Positions 9,167-20,333 of a stretch of 64,000 nucleotides of DNA are shown one piece after another. Under the pieces are notes generated by a model. The model worked only from the letters and a program-made list of their open reading frames with translations. It searched no databases and was not told the DNA's origin. A program made the translations under genes and the position numbers. Within the stretch, counting starts at the first letter, position 1; each line of letters opens with the position of its first letter. The DNA comes from Chloroflexota bacterium. Its GTDB lineage: Bacteria > Chloroflexota > Dehalococcoidia > UBA2979. Location of the stretch: positions 32,001-96,000 of the forward strand of contig JAQCIU010000006.1 in NCBI GenBank assembly GCA_027593235.1, read 5' to 3'.

Positions 9167-10342
9167 ATTCGAGGAACTATTCAGCCGCCGCGCCAGGAGC
9201 GCCGGGGCCGTGAATCACGGCGCCGAGCACTGCACAACGGATCTCATCGAGGTCTGTCGACGCGGCCGCTGATCCACGCCGGCATGTTCGTCTCGATCTT
9301 CGCGCTGGTCGCGATCTTCGGGCTCTTTCCTGTGCACTCCGGTGGCGCCGCCCTCGACCCGCAACTCCAGGTCAACCAGCTCAGCTTCCCCGGCCTCGCC
9401 GCCTCCGCACCGCTCGTCGCGCAGACGGAGCTCCAGGCCTCGCCACAGCCGCTCACCGTCAAGGCGCCGTATGTCTCCGAAGGCACCATCCTCGGCGCCG
9501 ACAACGTAACCGACACCGAAATCCAGACGCGCGCGGCCGCGCAGCAGAACGACTCGGTCACGGTTGCTGGCGCGGACACCCAGCAGGCCACGCGCGTCGC
9601 GATGTACCAGAACTACATCGTTCAATCGGGCGATACGGTTACGTCGATCGCGGCGGCGTTCGGCCTCGAAACCAACTACATCATCTGGAACAACCTCGAC
9701 CTCGAGGATCCGAACCGGGTCTCGACCGGTACCCAGATCATCGTTCCCTACGTCCCCGGCATCGTTCACGCTGTTGAGTTCGATGACACGCTGACGGAAA
9801 TCGCGCGCCTCTACGACGCCAGCGTCGACGACATCCTCTACTTCGAAGCGAACTCCATCGGCGACCCCAACGTGCTGGTCGCCGACCGTTACATCTTCGT
9901 GCCCGGCGGCCGGCGACTGCCGAATCCTGCGCCATCGATCCGACCGGGGGCCAATCAGGCGCCGCCGGACACCGGGTCGTGGGGTTGGCCGGCGCAGGTG
10001 AACGGCCTGCTCACCTCCGAGTTCGGCGCGTACCACCCACTCGGGATCGACCTCGCGATGCCGAACGGCACACCGATCGTCGCCTCTCGCGGGGGCTATG
10101 TACAGTTCGCCGGTGGCGACCAATGGGTGTCGTACGGGTTCTACATCAAGATCGACCATGGCGACGGTTGGGAGACCACCTACGCCCACCTCACCAGCTT
10201 CGAGGTGCCGTCCGGCGTCTACGTCAACCAGGGCGACGTGATCGGCTACAGCGGAAACAGTGGCCACTCGACCGGCCCCCACCTGCACTTCGAGCTGCGC
10301 TACTACGGCGACCCGACGAACCCACTCGACTACATCCAGTAA
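9167..10342 (+). CDS. LysM + M23 peptidase (cell-wall hydrolase-like)
   Basis: Two LysM-like repeats (YIVQSGDT..., HAVEFDDTL...) and M23 motifs HPLGID, YAHL and STGPHLHFE. Start is uncertain: first ATG is 9284, but an in-frame ATT at 9167 has GGAGG 7 nt upstream. Confidence 0.85.
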   Translation: MRGTIQPPRQERRGRESRRRALHNGSHRGLSTRPLIHAGMFVSIFALVAIFGLFPVHSGGAALDPQLQVNQLSFPGLAASAPLVAQTELQASPQPLTVKAPYVSEGTILGADNVTDTEIQTRAAAQQNDSVTVAGADTQQATRVAMYQNYIVQSGDTVTSIAAAFGLETNYIIWNNLDLEDPNRVSTGTQIIVPYVPGIVHAVEFDDTLTEIARLYDASVDDILYFEANSIGDPNVLVADRYIFVPGGRRLPNPAPSIRPGANQAPPDTGSWGWPAQVNGLLTSEFGAYHPLGIDLAMPNGTPIVASRGGYVQFAGGDQWVSYGFYIKIDHGDGWETTYAHLTSFEVPSGVYVNQGDVIGYSGNSGHSTGPHLHFELRYYGDPTNPLDYIQ

Positions 10343-10457
10343 CCGCACCGCCCGCGATCCAGTTACCGCCGAGGTTCATGCACCACACCCGAGGCACGGC
10401 GACGCCCGCGAGGCGTCCCGTCGCTTCCGCTGCGTGCAAGCGTGGTGGGGTGTGGCG

Positions 10458-11105
10458 CTACCCGCGCGACTCGAGGATGACCATCCGTCGCTTGTCGCCC
10501 AGCGTCCGTCGGTTCACCGTGAGCCGCGAAATCGCCTCTTCGGGCTGGTCGCCGACCGCCTCGAGGAACGCCTTCAGCTCGGCCGATTCGCCGCTTGCCG
10601 GTGGCTCGTAACCGACCGGGATAACCATCCGCGGCTCGAGCGCGCGCACGATCTTCGCCGCTGCTTCTGGACCCAGACCGCCCGGCAGCGCAATCGGCAG
10701 GATCAGGATGTCCACATCCCCCAGCGCCTCGGACTGGTGGCCCGTCGGCGGCTGGCCCAGACCACCGAGGTGCGCGAACGTCATTTCCTCGGACTCCCCG
10801 ATGTAGATCGTCGTCGCTTCGGGCGTCTGATCTTCCGCCTCGGCCGCGACCGGCCAGAGCGCGCGAATACCCTCGATGTGCACGCCCAGGATCTCGTACT
10901 CGCCGGGACCGTCCACGATCACCGGTTCGCCCTTGATCCCCTTCACGTGGCTGTGTTGCGGGTGATCGACACGACTGATCGTAGCGATCTCCCCCGCCGG
11001 GCGCCCCATGTCATGCCCCGCCGATCGATCCGTCGGATCCATCACGATCGCCGCCTGACGGGTGCGCACGCGTACGGCCGCATGGCCGAGCCAGGTGATA
11101 TCCAC
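10458..11105 (-). CDS. Metallo-beta-lactamase-fold protein (degenerate metal ligands)
   Basis: ITWLGHAAVRV, MDP, PGEYEI, HLGGLG, DILILP, LEPRMVIP; GTG start follows GGAG. Confidence 0.75.
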   Translation of the reverse strand: MDITWLGHAAVRVRTRQAAIVMDPTDRSAGHDMGRPAGEIATISRVDHPQHSHVKGIKGEPVIVDGPGEYEILGVHIEGIRALWPVAAEAEDQTPEATTIYIGESEEMTFAHLGGLGQPPTGHQSEALGDVDILILPIALPGGLGPEAAAKIVRALEPRMVIPVGYEPPASGESAELKAFLEAVGDQPEEAISRLTVNRRTLGDKRRMVILESRG

Positions 11106-11216
11106 AGGTGCTCCGAGTCTTTCGAGGAGAGATGCCGATCGTATCGAGGTGGCTCCGCATGAACCACCTCGCCGCCCGTGTGCAGGTGACCTGACCCGCA
11201 CGAACCGACGCTACCG

Positions 11217-12548
11217 CTAAACCGGATCCTCGGGGATCGCCAGCACCTCGGACACCGCCGGTGGCTCAAACGCTCGCATCGCCGTCGGGTGCGCGAGCAA
11301 GATCGCGGCGTTGTGGGCCCAGCCGGTCGCGTTGATCATGCAGACCAGCACGTGGTCGTCGCGCATGCCCCGCGCGTTGCCGTCCAGGTCCACCTCCGCG
11401 TCTTCCACTTCCAGGTTCAGCGTCGGCGGGATCTTCTTGCGATGCATCGCCTCCAGCATCACCGCCAGTGTCAGTGGCCCGGACGCGCCAAGCAGGTGCC
11501 CAAAATGGCCCTTCAGCGCCGGGGTGTAGAGGTGATGCCGCGTCGACGCGCCGAAAATTCGGCGCACGCCCAGCGCCTCCGTGCGGTCGCCCGCCACGCT
11601 CCCGGCGGCGTGCAGCGCGATCACGTCCACCTCCGCCTGGATCCGCCCGCTCGAAACCAGCGCCAGTTGCAGCGCCTGCCCGATCTGCTCCGCCTCCATC
11701 GAGGGTGTCCCGCCACTGCCCGGCGAGAACGTCATCCCCACGCCCTCGATCTCCGCCAGCACCTTCGCGCCGCGCGCCTCCGCTACCTCCAGCGCCTCGA
11801 GCGTTACGAGTGCCGCGCCCTCCCCGAGCACGAAGCCGTCCCGCGCCGCGTCCAGCGGTCGCGATGCGCCCGCCGGGGCGTCGTTGCGCGTCGAGAGCGC
11901 GCCGGTCCCCTGGAACGCCGCCAGCGTCAGCGGCGTGATCGGCGCGTCCGCCCCGCCGGCGATCGCCACCAGCGCGTCGCCGCGTCGGATCATCGCCGCC
12001 GCCTCGATGATCGAGTTCAGTCCACCCGCCGATCGGTTTTCGATCTGCAGCACCGGCCCGGTCACGCCCAGCAGCGCCGCGATGCGCTCGGCCGGGGCGT
12101 GCGGTCGTGCGTGCGCCGCCAGTATCGAGGCCGCGCCATCGATGTCGCCCGCGATCAGCGCGCGCGCGCCCGCCAGAAGCACATCCTCTTCCGGTCGCTC
12201 GGAGGCCATCACCACCGCGACCTGGCCGCGGTTCTGCGGCGTGAAGGTCAGTCCCGCGCCCTGTACCGCGGACAGCGCCGCGCTGACCGCGAACCGCGCT
12301 CGCAGATCGAGCGACTGCCAGTACGCCTCGTCGAAGCGGTGATCGTGCGCCAGCGCGTCCGGGACCTCCGCCGCGATCCGCGTGGCGAAACCCGAGGCGT
12401 CAAAGCGTGTAATCGGGCCGACACCCGAACGCCCGTCCTCGATCGCCTGCCAGACGTCGCCGGTGGTGCGCCCCAGCGAGCACACCACCCCAACGCCCGT
12501 GATCACGACGCGCCGTTCCGCGCTCCCACTGTCCGAGGTATTGACCAT
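11217..12548 (-). CDS. FabF-like beta-ketoacyl synthase with catalytic Cys replaced by Ser
   Basis: RRVVITGVGVV, SGVGPITRFDAS, ASRPLDAARDGFVLGEGA, KGHFGHLLGA, IPPTLNL. The active-site TACA region reads ENRSAGG. Confidence 0.85.
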   Translation of the reverse strand: MVNTSDSGSAERRVVITGVGVVCSLGRTTGDVWQAIEDGRSGVGPITRFDASGFATRIAAEVPDALAHDHRFDEAYWQSLDLRARFAVSAALSAVQGAGLTFTPQNRGQVAVVMASERPEEDVLLAGARALIAGDIDGAASILAAHARPHAPAERIAALLGVTGPVLQIENRSAGGLNSIIEAAAMIRRGDALVAIAGGADAPITPLTLAAFQGTGALSTRNDAPAGASRPLDAARDGFVLGEGAALVTLEALEVAEARGAKVLAEIEGVGMTFSPGSGGTPSMEAEQIGQALQLALVSSGRIQAEVDVIALHAAGSVAGDRTEALGVRRIFGASTRHHLYTPALKGHFGHLLGASGPLTLAVMLEAMHRKKIPPTLNLEVEDAEVDLDGNARGMRDDHVLVCMINATGWAHNAAILLAHPTAMRAFEPPAVSEVLAIPEDPV

Positions 12549-12550
12549 GG

Positions 12551-13633
12551 CTACAGGTATACCGGAGCGGAGCGTTGACCGGCGGTCGGTGTCGCGGCGC
12601 GTGCTTCTGGCGCCGCTGCGGCGGCGCATGACGCGTCGGCAGGCTCACCGCGCTGGGCGGCCCATTCCACCACCGTCGCCCCCCACGTCAGCCCCACGCC
12701 AATCGTGCAGAGCAGCACCCGGTCGCGCGGTCGTAGTCGCCCACTCGCCTGCGCCTCCGCCAGCGCGATCGGCAACGTCGCGCTCGAGGTATTCGCGTAA
12801 CGGTCGATCGTCACCATCATCCGCTCGTCCGAAACGCCCAGCGCCCGCGCCACCGCCGTCATGATCCGCAGGTTCGCCTGGTGCGGCACGAACAGATCGA
12901 TCTCCTCGATGCTCCTGCCGGCCATCGCCATCGCCTGACGGCACGCGTTCGTCATCTCTGTCACCGCTCCGCGGAACAGCGCGCGGCCGTTCATCACGAT
13001 CTGCGCCTCCTGTCGCAGCGCACCCAGTGGCGAAGCGGGACCCCCCGCGTACACCACGTCCGCGCGCGCCGCGTCCGAGCGCATCACAATCGCGCCCAAT
13101 GTCCCCGGTTCGCCCGGCTCCGCGGGCTCCAGCAACGACGCGCCGGCGCCATCACCGAACAGCACGCAGGTGTTGCGATCGGTCCAGTCGAGGATCCGCG
13201 TGATCGCCTCCGTCCCCACGACCACCACGCGGCGCGCGGCGCCAGTCGCGATGTACTGCGAACCGATGCTCAGCCCCAGCAGATAGCTCGCGCAGGCCGC
13301 GTTCACATCGAACGAGGTCGCGCGATCGGCGCCAATCGCCTGCTGAATGCGCGTCGCCACCGCCGGGAACATTCCGTCAGGCGAACACGTCCCCGCGATC
13401 ACCAGATCGATCGTCGCGGGATCGACCTCGGCCCGATCGAGCATCCGCCGCACCGCCTCGGCCCCCAGCGTGCTCGCCGCCTCGTGCGGCGCCGCGATCC
13501 GCTGCTCACGGATGCCCGTACGTGTCCGGATCCAATCGTCGTTCGTATCGACCAGGCGCTCCAGCTCGGAGTTCGGCATCACCCGCTCGGGAAGATAGGC
13601 GCCGGTAGCGGTGATGCGAGCAGCTGGTGTCAT
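12551..13633 (-). CDS. fabH: 3-oxoacyl-ACP synthase III
   Basis: YLPERVMPN, WIRTRTGI, AAC (Cys), LFGDGAGA, PHQAN (His), NTSSA (Asn), GLTWGA; Ala-rich C-terminal tail. Confidence 0.92.
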   Translation of the reverse strand: MTPAARITATGAYLPERVMPNSELERLVDTNDDWIRTRTGIREQRIAAPHEAASTLGAEAVRRMLDRAEVDPATIDLVIAGTCSPDGMFPAVATRIQQAIGADRATSFDVNAACASYLLGLSIGSQYIATGAARRVVVVGTEAITRILDWTDRNTCVLFGDGAGASLLEPAEPGEPGTLGAIVMRSDAARADVVYAGGPASPLGALRQEAQIVMNGRALFRGAVTEMTNACRQAMAMAGRSIEEIDLFVPHQANLRIMTAVARALGVSDERMMVTIDRYANTSSATLPIALAEAQASGRLRPRDRVLLCTIGVGLTWGATVVEWAAQRGEPADASCAAAAAPEARAATPTAGQRSAPVYL

Positions 13634-13794
13634 CGGATCCCCCGATCCCCTGTGCGGGGCGACATCGTACGACGTACAGCAGCGACTAACGGGTTCCCCA
13701 CCCGGAACTTCCCGCCTCAACTGCATGGCAGCACCGCGAGCAACCCCCGATCGCCCATTCGATCACTAATCTGATCAGTTGGGGCACACCCGCG

Positions 13795-13823
13795 TTGACC
13801 CGATTTCAGTGCCCGCATACAAT
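13795..13823 (+). promoter_or_regulatory. sigma70 promoter of the hrcA operon
   Basis: TTGACC-17 nt-TACAAT immediately upstream of the CIRCE. Confidence 0.85.
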
Positions 13824-13835
13824 CGAGTTCGTCGA

Positions 13836-13862
13836 TTAGCACTCTCACCTCGAGAGTGCTAA
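13836..13862 (+). promoter_or_regulatory. CIRCE operator (HrcA binding site)
   Basis: Exact TTAGCACTC-N9-GAGTGCTAA between the promoter and the hrcA RBS. Confidence 0.98.
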
Positions 13863-13874
13863 CGGAGGGAAATC

Positions 13875-14885
13875 GTGCTTACCGAGCGCCGCTCCGCGAT
13901 CCTGGGACTCGTCATCGACGAGTACGTGGCAACAGCCATACCTGTCAGTTCGCGCGCGCTGGTCAACCGGCACGGCCTGAACGTCTCCACCGCCACCATC
14001 CGCAACGAACTCGCGCTACTGGAGGAGGACGGCTACATCACGCATCCGTACACCTCTGCCGGTCGCGTCCCCTCGGATCGCGGCTACCGCCACTACGTCG
14101 AAGTGCTGATGGCCGAAGAGCCAGTCGGCCCCGACGAGCAGCGCACCATCGAGCACCAGCTCCACCAGGTCCGTGGCGGCCTCGACGAGTGGCTCAGCCT
14201 GACCGCCACCATCCTCGCCACCGCCGTCGACTGTGTCGCCGTGGTGACCCGCCCGCGCGCCGAGGATGCCCGCCTCAAGCACGCCCAGCTCGTAGAACTG
14301 CAGGGCGATCTGGCGCTGCTGGTCGCCGTCATGGCCGACGGTCGCGTGCGCCAGAGCATGGTCACCATCACCACCCCGCTCAACCAGAGCCAGCTCAACG
14401 CACGCGCCGAACAACTCAACCTGCTGCTCGGCGGCGCCGATCGCGCCGCTGCCCTCGAGGCCGCCAGCACCCAGGAGGACGTGAACAACACCCGCATCCT
14501 CACCGCGATCGCGGCGCTCATCGGTGAGCAGCGCGTCGCGGAAGAGACCTACCTCGACGGCCTCCAGATCGTGCTCCAGCAACCGGAGTTCCATGACGTC
14601 GAGCGTCTCCGCGTCGCCGTCGATCGACTGAACGCCTACGACGTACGCGGCCTCGTCGAGCACGCCGGCGCCGCCGATATCGGCGAGACCCGCGTGCTCA
14701 TCGGCGAAGAGCACGGCGACGTTGCCATGCGCGACTGGAGTGTCGTGCTCGCCAGCTACGGGGACGGCGAAACCAACGGGATGGTCGCCGTCCTGGGACC
14801 AACGCGCATGCACTACCAGCGCTCGATTCCGCGCGTGCGATACGTCGCGTCGCTGATGAGTTCGCTGCTCCACGACGTGCGCTAA
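13875..14885 (+). CDS. hrcA: Heat-inducible transcription repressor HrcA
   Basis: LTERRSAIL, STATIRNELALLE, TSAGRVPSDRGYR, LGPTRMHY; CIRCE upstream. Confidence 0.96.
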   Translation: MLTERRSAILGLVIDEYVATAIPVSSRALVNRHGLNVSTATIRNELALLEEDGYITHPYTSAGRVPSDRGYRHYVEVLMAEEPVGPDEQRTIEHQLHQVRGGLDEWLSLTATILATAVDCVAVVTRPRAEDARLKHAQLVELQGDLALLVAVMADGRVRQSMVTITTPLNQSQLNARAEQLNLLLGGADRAAALEAASTQEDVNNTRILTAIAALIGEQRVAEETYLDGLQIVLQQPEFHDVERLRVAVDRLNAYDVRGLVEHAGAADIGETRVLIGEEHGDVAMRDWSVVLASYGDGETNGMVAVLGPTRMHYQRSIPRVRYVASLMSSLLHDVR

Positions 14886-14909
14886 GCACCACCGCCAGGG
14901 ATATGACGC

Positions 14910-15461
14910 ATGACTGACCAGCCGCTGCACGACGAGAGCGTTGACGATGACGCCGCCGGTGATCCGGTGGCGATCACCGACCCGCCCTCCGTCGCCGATC
15001 TCGAGGAGCGCGTCGCCGACCTCGAACAGGCCCAGGCGCGCGCGCTCGCTGACTACCGCAACCTGGAGCGCCGCACCGCCGAGGGCCGCGCGGAGCTTCG
15101 CCGCCTAACCACCGCCTCCGTCGTGATCAACCTCATCCCCGTCTACGACGACCTCACCCGTGCCCTCGACGCCGTCGCCAACGACATCGCCGATCACGAG
15201 TGGGTCGCCGGCATCACCATCATCCGCGACAAGTTCCGCGGTGTCCTCGATGCCACCGGCGCCTCGGAGATCGAAGCGCTCGGCAAGCCGTTCGATCCGC
15301 GCCAGCACGAGGCGCTCGGCTACGCCGCCGGCCCCGAGGGCCAGGTCGTTCACGTCATGCAGTCCGGCTGGGCGGTCGACGGACACGTCGTGCGCCCGGC
15401 GATGGTCATGGTCGGCAGCGGCGACGCTCCCGAACCATTCTCGATCGACGCCAACAGGTAA
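14910..15461 (+). CDS. grpE: Nucleotide exchange factor GrpE
   Basis: [24 protein letters not shown]; lies between hrcA and dnaK. Confidence 0.95.
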   Translation: MTDQPLHDESVDDDAAGDPVAITDPPSVADLEERVADLEQAQARALADYRNLERRTAEGRAELRRLTTASVVINLIPVYDDLTRALDAVANDIADHEWVAGITIIRDKFRGVLDATGASEIEALGKPFDPRQHEALGYAAGPEGQVVHVMQSGWAVDGHVVRPAMVMVGSGDAPEPFSIDANR

Positions 15462-15538
15462 TACCGCGACCGGGCGCGCGTCCGCGTGCGCTGGTCCGTC
15501 ACAAACACAACGTACGTACGCAAAAGGATGCGTCCATC

Positions 15539-17443
<1,905 letters not shown>

Positions 17444-17456
17444 TCCCTCGCCACCC

Positions 17457-18179
17457 ATGAACCAGCACTTCGCGTTCGATCAGGTCTACAACTTCCGCGA
17501 CATGGGCGGCTATCGCGCCGCGGATGGACGCACCCTCCGCTGGCGCCGCCTGCTCCGCTCCGGCGAGCCGCTCCGCATGACCGACGCTGAAGCCGCCGGA
17601 CTCCGCGCCGAGGTGCCAATCGCCACGATCATCGACCTCCGCAGCGAGGGCGAAGCCAACCACCCGCGCGGCCTCGGTCCGCTCGCCGGCGCGCCCGTCA
17701 CGCGCCACCACTTCCCCATGGGCGATCCGCGCTCGAAGTTCGACGCGCGATCCTCGGGCGGTTGGGATCCGCGCTACCAGGACCTCCTCGAGGCACGCGG
17801 CGAATCATGGGCCTCGATCATCCGCATCCTCGCCGATGACGCCGCGTACCCGGCGCTCTTCCACTGCGTGACCGGGAAGGATCGCACCGGCGTACTCGGC
17901 GCGCTCATCCTCGATCTGCTCGGCGTCGACGAGGACACCATCCTCCAGGACTTCGGGCTCAGTCAGCTCGGCATGGACCGCTTGGTCGCCGATCTGCGCG
18001 CGCGCGGAAAAATAACCGATGACAACCCGCCCAACCCCGCGCTCGGCGTACCCGTCGAGGCCATGGAAGCCATGCTCGAGGTCCTGCGCACACGCCACGG
18101 CGGCGCCGCCGCGTTCCTCGGGAAACACGGTGTCGATGATCAAACCCTGGAGCAGCTCGTCGAACTGCTCCTCGAATAG
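17457..18179 (+). CDS. Tyrosine-protein phosphatase (PtpB/LipA-like)
   Basis: NFRDMGGY, IIDLRS and the P-loop HCVTGKDRTG. Confidence 0.9.
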   Translation: MNQHFAFDQVYNFRDMGGYRAADGRTLRWRRLLRSGEPLRMTDAEAAGLRAEVPIATIIDLRSEGEANHPRGLGPLAGAPVTRHHFPMGDPRSKFDARSSGGWDPRYQDLLEARGESWASIIRILADDAAYPALFHCVTGKDRTGVLGALILDLLGVDEDTILQDFGLSQLGMDRLVADLRARGKITDDNPPNPALGVPVEAMEAMLEVLRTRHGGAAAFLGKHGVDDQTLEQLVELLLE

Positions 18180-18281
18180 CCATTTCCGAGGGCGTTCGCT
18201 GACAATGGACGCGCGTCGCTCACTGCTAAACTGGACGTTCATGCGACGCCGAAACCGCGGTGTCGCCCCCGCAATACCCGG

Positions 18282-19394
18282 ATGCCGATGACCACTCAGC
18301 AAGACCCGTACTCAGTGCTTGGCGTGACGCGGGATGCCTCTGCCGAGGACATCAAGCGCGCCTTCCGCAAACTCGCCATGGAGTTCCACCCCGATCGCAA
18401 CAAGACAGACGGCGCCGAGACCCGCTTCAAGTCCGTGAACGCCGCCTATGAGGTGCTCTCCGATCCGGAGAAGCGCGCCCGCTTCGATCGCTTCGGCCAG
18501 GCCGAAGGCGGTGGCCAGGGCTTCGCCGGCTTCGAATCCATGGGCGGCTTCGGCGACATCTTCGATGCCTTCTTCCGCGGCACCGCCGCACGCCGCGCCG
18601 GCCCCCAGCGCGGCGGCGATCTCGAGGCCCGCCTCACCATCCAGTTCGAGGACTCGATCTTCGGCGCCGAAAAAGAGATCACCTTCCACCGCACGGAGAA
18701 CTGCCCCGACTGCCGCGGTTCCGGCCAGCGCAACGGCGCGCCCCGCGACACCTGCGAGGCCTGCCAGGGCAACGGCGAAATCCGCCGCGTCCAGCAGTCG
18801 CTCTTCGGCCAGTACGTCAACGTCGCCGCATGCCCCACCTGTAGCGGCGAGGGCAGCGTCGTCACCGACGCCTGCTCCACCTGCAAGGGCCAGGGACAGC
18901 GGCGGGTCCGCGTCAGCCAGCACATCAAGGTCCCCGCTGGCGTCGAGGGCGGCTCCCAGATCCGCTTCGCCGGTCAGGGCGATGCCGGTGCCCGCGGCGG
19001 CCCCGGCGGCAACCTCTACATCGAGCTACAGGTCGAGCCGCATGAGCTCTTCACCCGCTCCGATCGCAACCTCATCTACGAACTGCCCCTCAACATCGCC
19101 CAGGCCGCGCTCGGCACCACCAGCAAGGTCCCGACGATCGACGGCGACGAGATCGAACTCGAACTCAAGCCCGGTACGCAGCACGGCGAAATGCACACCA
19201 TCAAAGAGCGCGGCGTCCCGCACCTACGCGGCGCCGGTCGCGGCGATCTGCTCGTGCGTACGCACGTCGTCACGCCCAAGAAGCTCTCCGAGGATCAGAA
19301 GGAACTGCTGCTCAAGCTCGCCGAATCGCTCGGTACCCCCGAGGTGCCGGAGGACAGCTCGATCTTCGATCGCATCCGCGGAGCCTTCGGCTAG
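18282..19394 (+). CDS. dnaJ: Chaperone DnaJ
   Basis: J-domain HPD, G/F-rich region and four CxxCxGxG repeats. Start could be 18288. A possible separate extended -10 (TGCTAAACT) lies at 18224-18232. Confidence 0.98.
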   Translation: MPMTTQQDPYSVLGVTRDASAEDIKRAFRKLAMEFHPDRNKTDGAETRFKSVNAAYEVLSDPEKRARFDRFGQAEGGGQGFAGFESMGGFGDIFDAFFRGTAARRAGPQRGGDLEARLTIQFEDSIFGAEKEITFHRTENCPDCRGSGQRNGAPRDTCEACQGNGEIRRVQQSLFGQYVNVAACPTCSGEGSVVTDACSTCKGQGQRRVRVSQHIKVPAGVEGGSQIRFAGQGDAGARGGPGGNLYIELQVEPHELFTRSDRNLIYELPLNIAQAALGTTSKVPTIDGDEIELELKPGTQHGEMHTIKERGVPHLRGAGRGDLLVRTHVVTPKKLSEDQKELLLKLAESLGTPEVPEDSSIFDRIRGAFG

Positions 19395-19400
19395 CGCCCC

Positions 19401-20333
19401 ATGACCAACGATCGCTGGATCGAGATCACCGTTCGGGTCCCCCCGGACGATGTCGATCCCGTGGCGAGCATCCTCACCGACTTCACCGGGCAGCCCGTCG
19501 CGATCGAACCGCAGATCCGCCGCATCGAAGGCATCGAGTTCGGCTATGAGGAACTCGACGCCCCGGTCACCGTCCGCGCCTACGCCGAGCCTCCGCTCCC
19601 GGACAGCCAGCGCGACGCCATCGAGGCCGCACTCGCCGCCCTCCTCCTCAGCGCCCCCGTCGAACCACCGACCTACCGTCCGCTCGATCCCACCGACTGG
19701 TCCGAGGAGTGGAAGCGCTTCTACGACGTCCAGCACGTTGGCGGCCGCCTCGTCGTGCGCCCCTCCTGGCTGGAGTACGCACCACGCGAGGGTGAGGTCG
19801 TCGTCGAACTCGACCCCGGCACCGCGTTCGGGACTGGCCAGCACGAGACGACGCGCCTCTGCCTCGCCGCGATCGAGCGCCATCTCCGGCCCGGCGAGTC
19901 CGTCCTCGATGTTGGTTGTGGCTCCGGCATCCTCGCCATCGCCGCCGCCAAACTCGGCGCCGGGCGCATCCGCGCCATCGATGTCGATCCCGACACCATC
20001 GCGGTCACCCAGGCCAACGCGGCGATCAACGACGTCCACACCATCGAGGCAGCGGCGGGCTCTGTTGGCGACGCCTGGCCCTGGCCCGACGACCCGGCGC
20101 GGGGAGTCGAACTCCTCGTGCTCAACATCTCATCGCGGGCCGTGCTGTTGTTCCTGCCCGAGGTGATCGCCGCGCTCGCGCCCGACGGACGTGCCATCCT
20201 CAGCGGCTTCCTCGCGCGCGACGCCGGCGAGATCGAAGCCGCCGTCATCGCCGCCGGCCTCCACATTATCGAGGTCACGCCGGAGCTCGAGTGGTGCGCG
20301 ATCGTCGCCGAACGCCAACCCGCTACTCGCTGA
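19401..20333 (+). CDS. prmA: Ribosomal protein L11 methyltransferase
   Basis: DPGTAFGTGQHETT and VLDVGCGSGILAI; follows dnaJ. Confidence 0.93.
   Translation: MTNDRWIEITVRVPPDDVDPVASILTDFTGQPVAIEPQIRRIEGIEFGYEELDAPVTVRAYAEPPLPDSQRDAIEAALAALLLSAPVEPPTYRPLDPTDWSEEWKRFYDVQHVGGRLVVRPSWLEYAPREGEVVVELDPGTAFGTGQHETTRLCLAAIERHLRPGESVLDVGCGSGILAIAAAKLGAGRIRAIDVDPDTIAVTQANAAINDVHTIEAAAGSVGDAWPWPDDPARGVELLVLNISSRAVLLFLPEVIAALAPDGRAILSGFLARDAGEIEAAVIAAGLHIIEVTPELEWCAIVAERQPATR

Noticed and set aside
9066-9283. c-di-AMP (ydaO) riboswitch upstream of the LysM-M23 gene
   Set aside because: The context fits, but the conserved GCUGAAUC and GUCAGCUAAC segments are absent.
15200-15538. Long N-terminal extensions in the ORF track for dnaK, and likewise rplJ, nusG, the phosphatase and the radical SAM gene
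   Set aside because: They overlap upstream genes or leaders. Conserved N-termini and RBS positions indicate the downstream starts used here.
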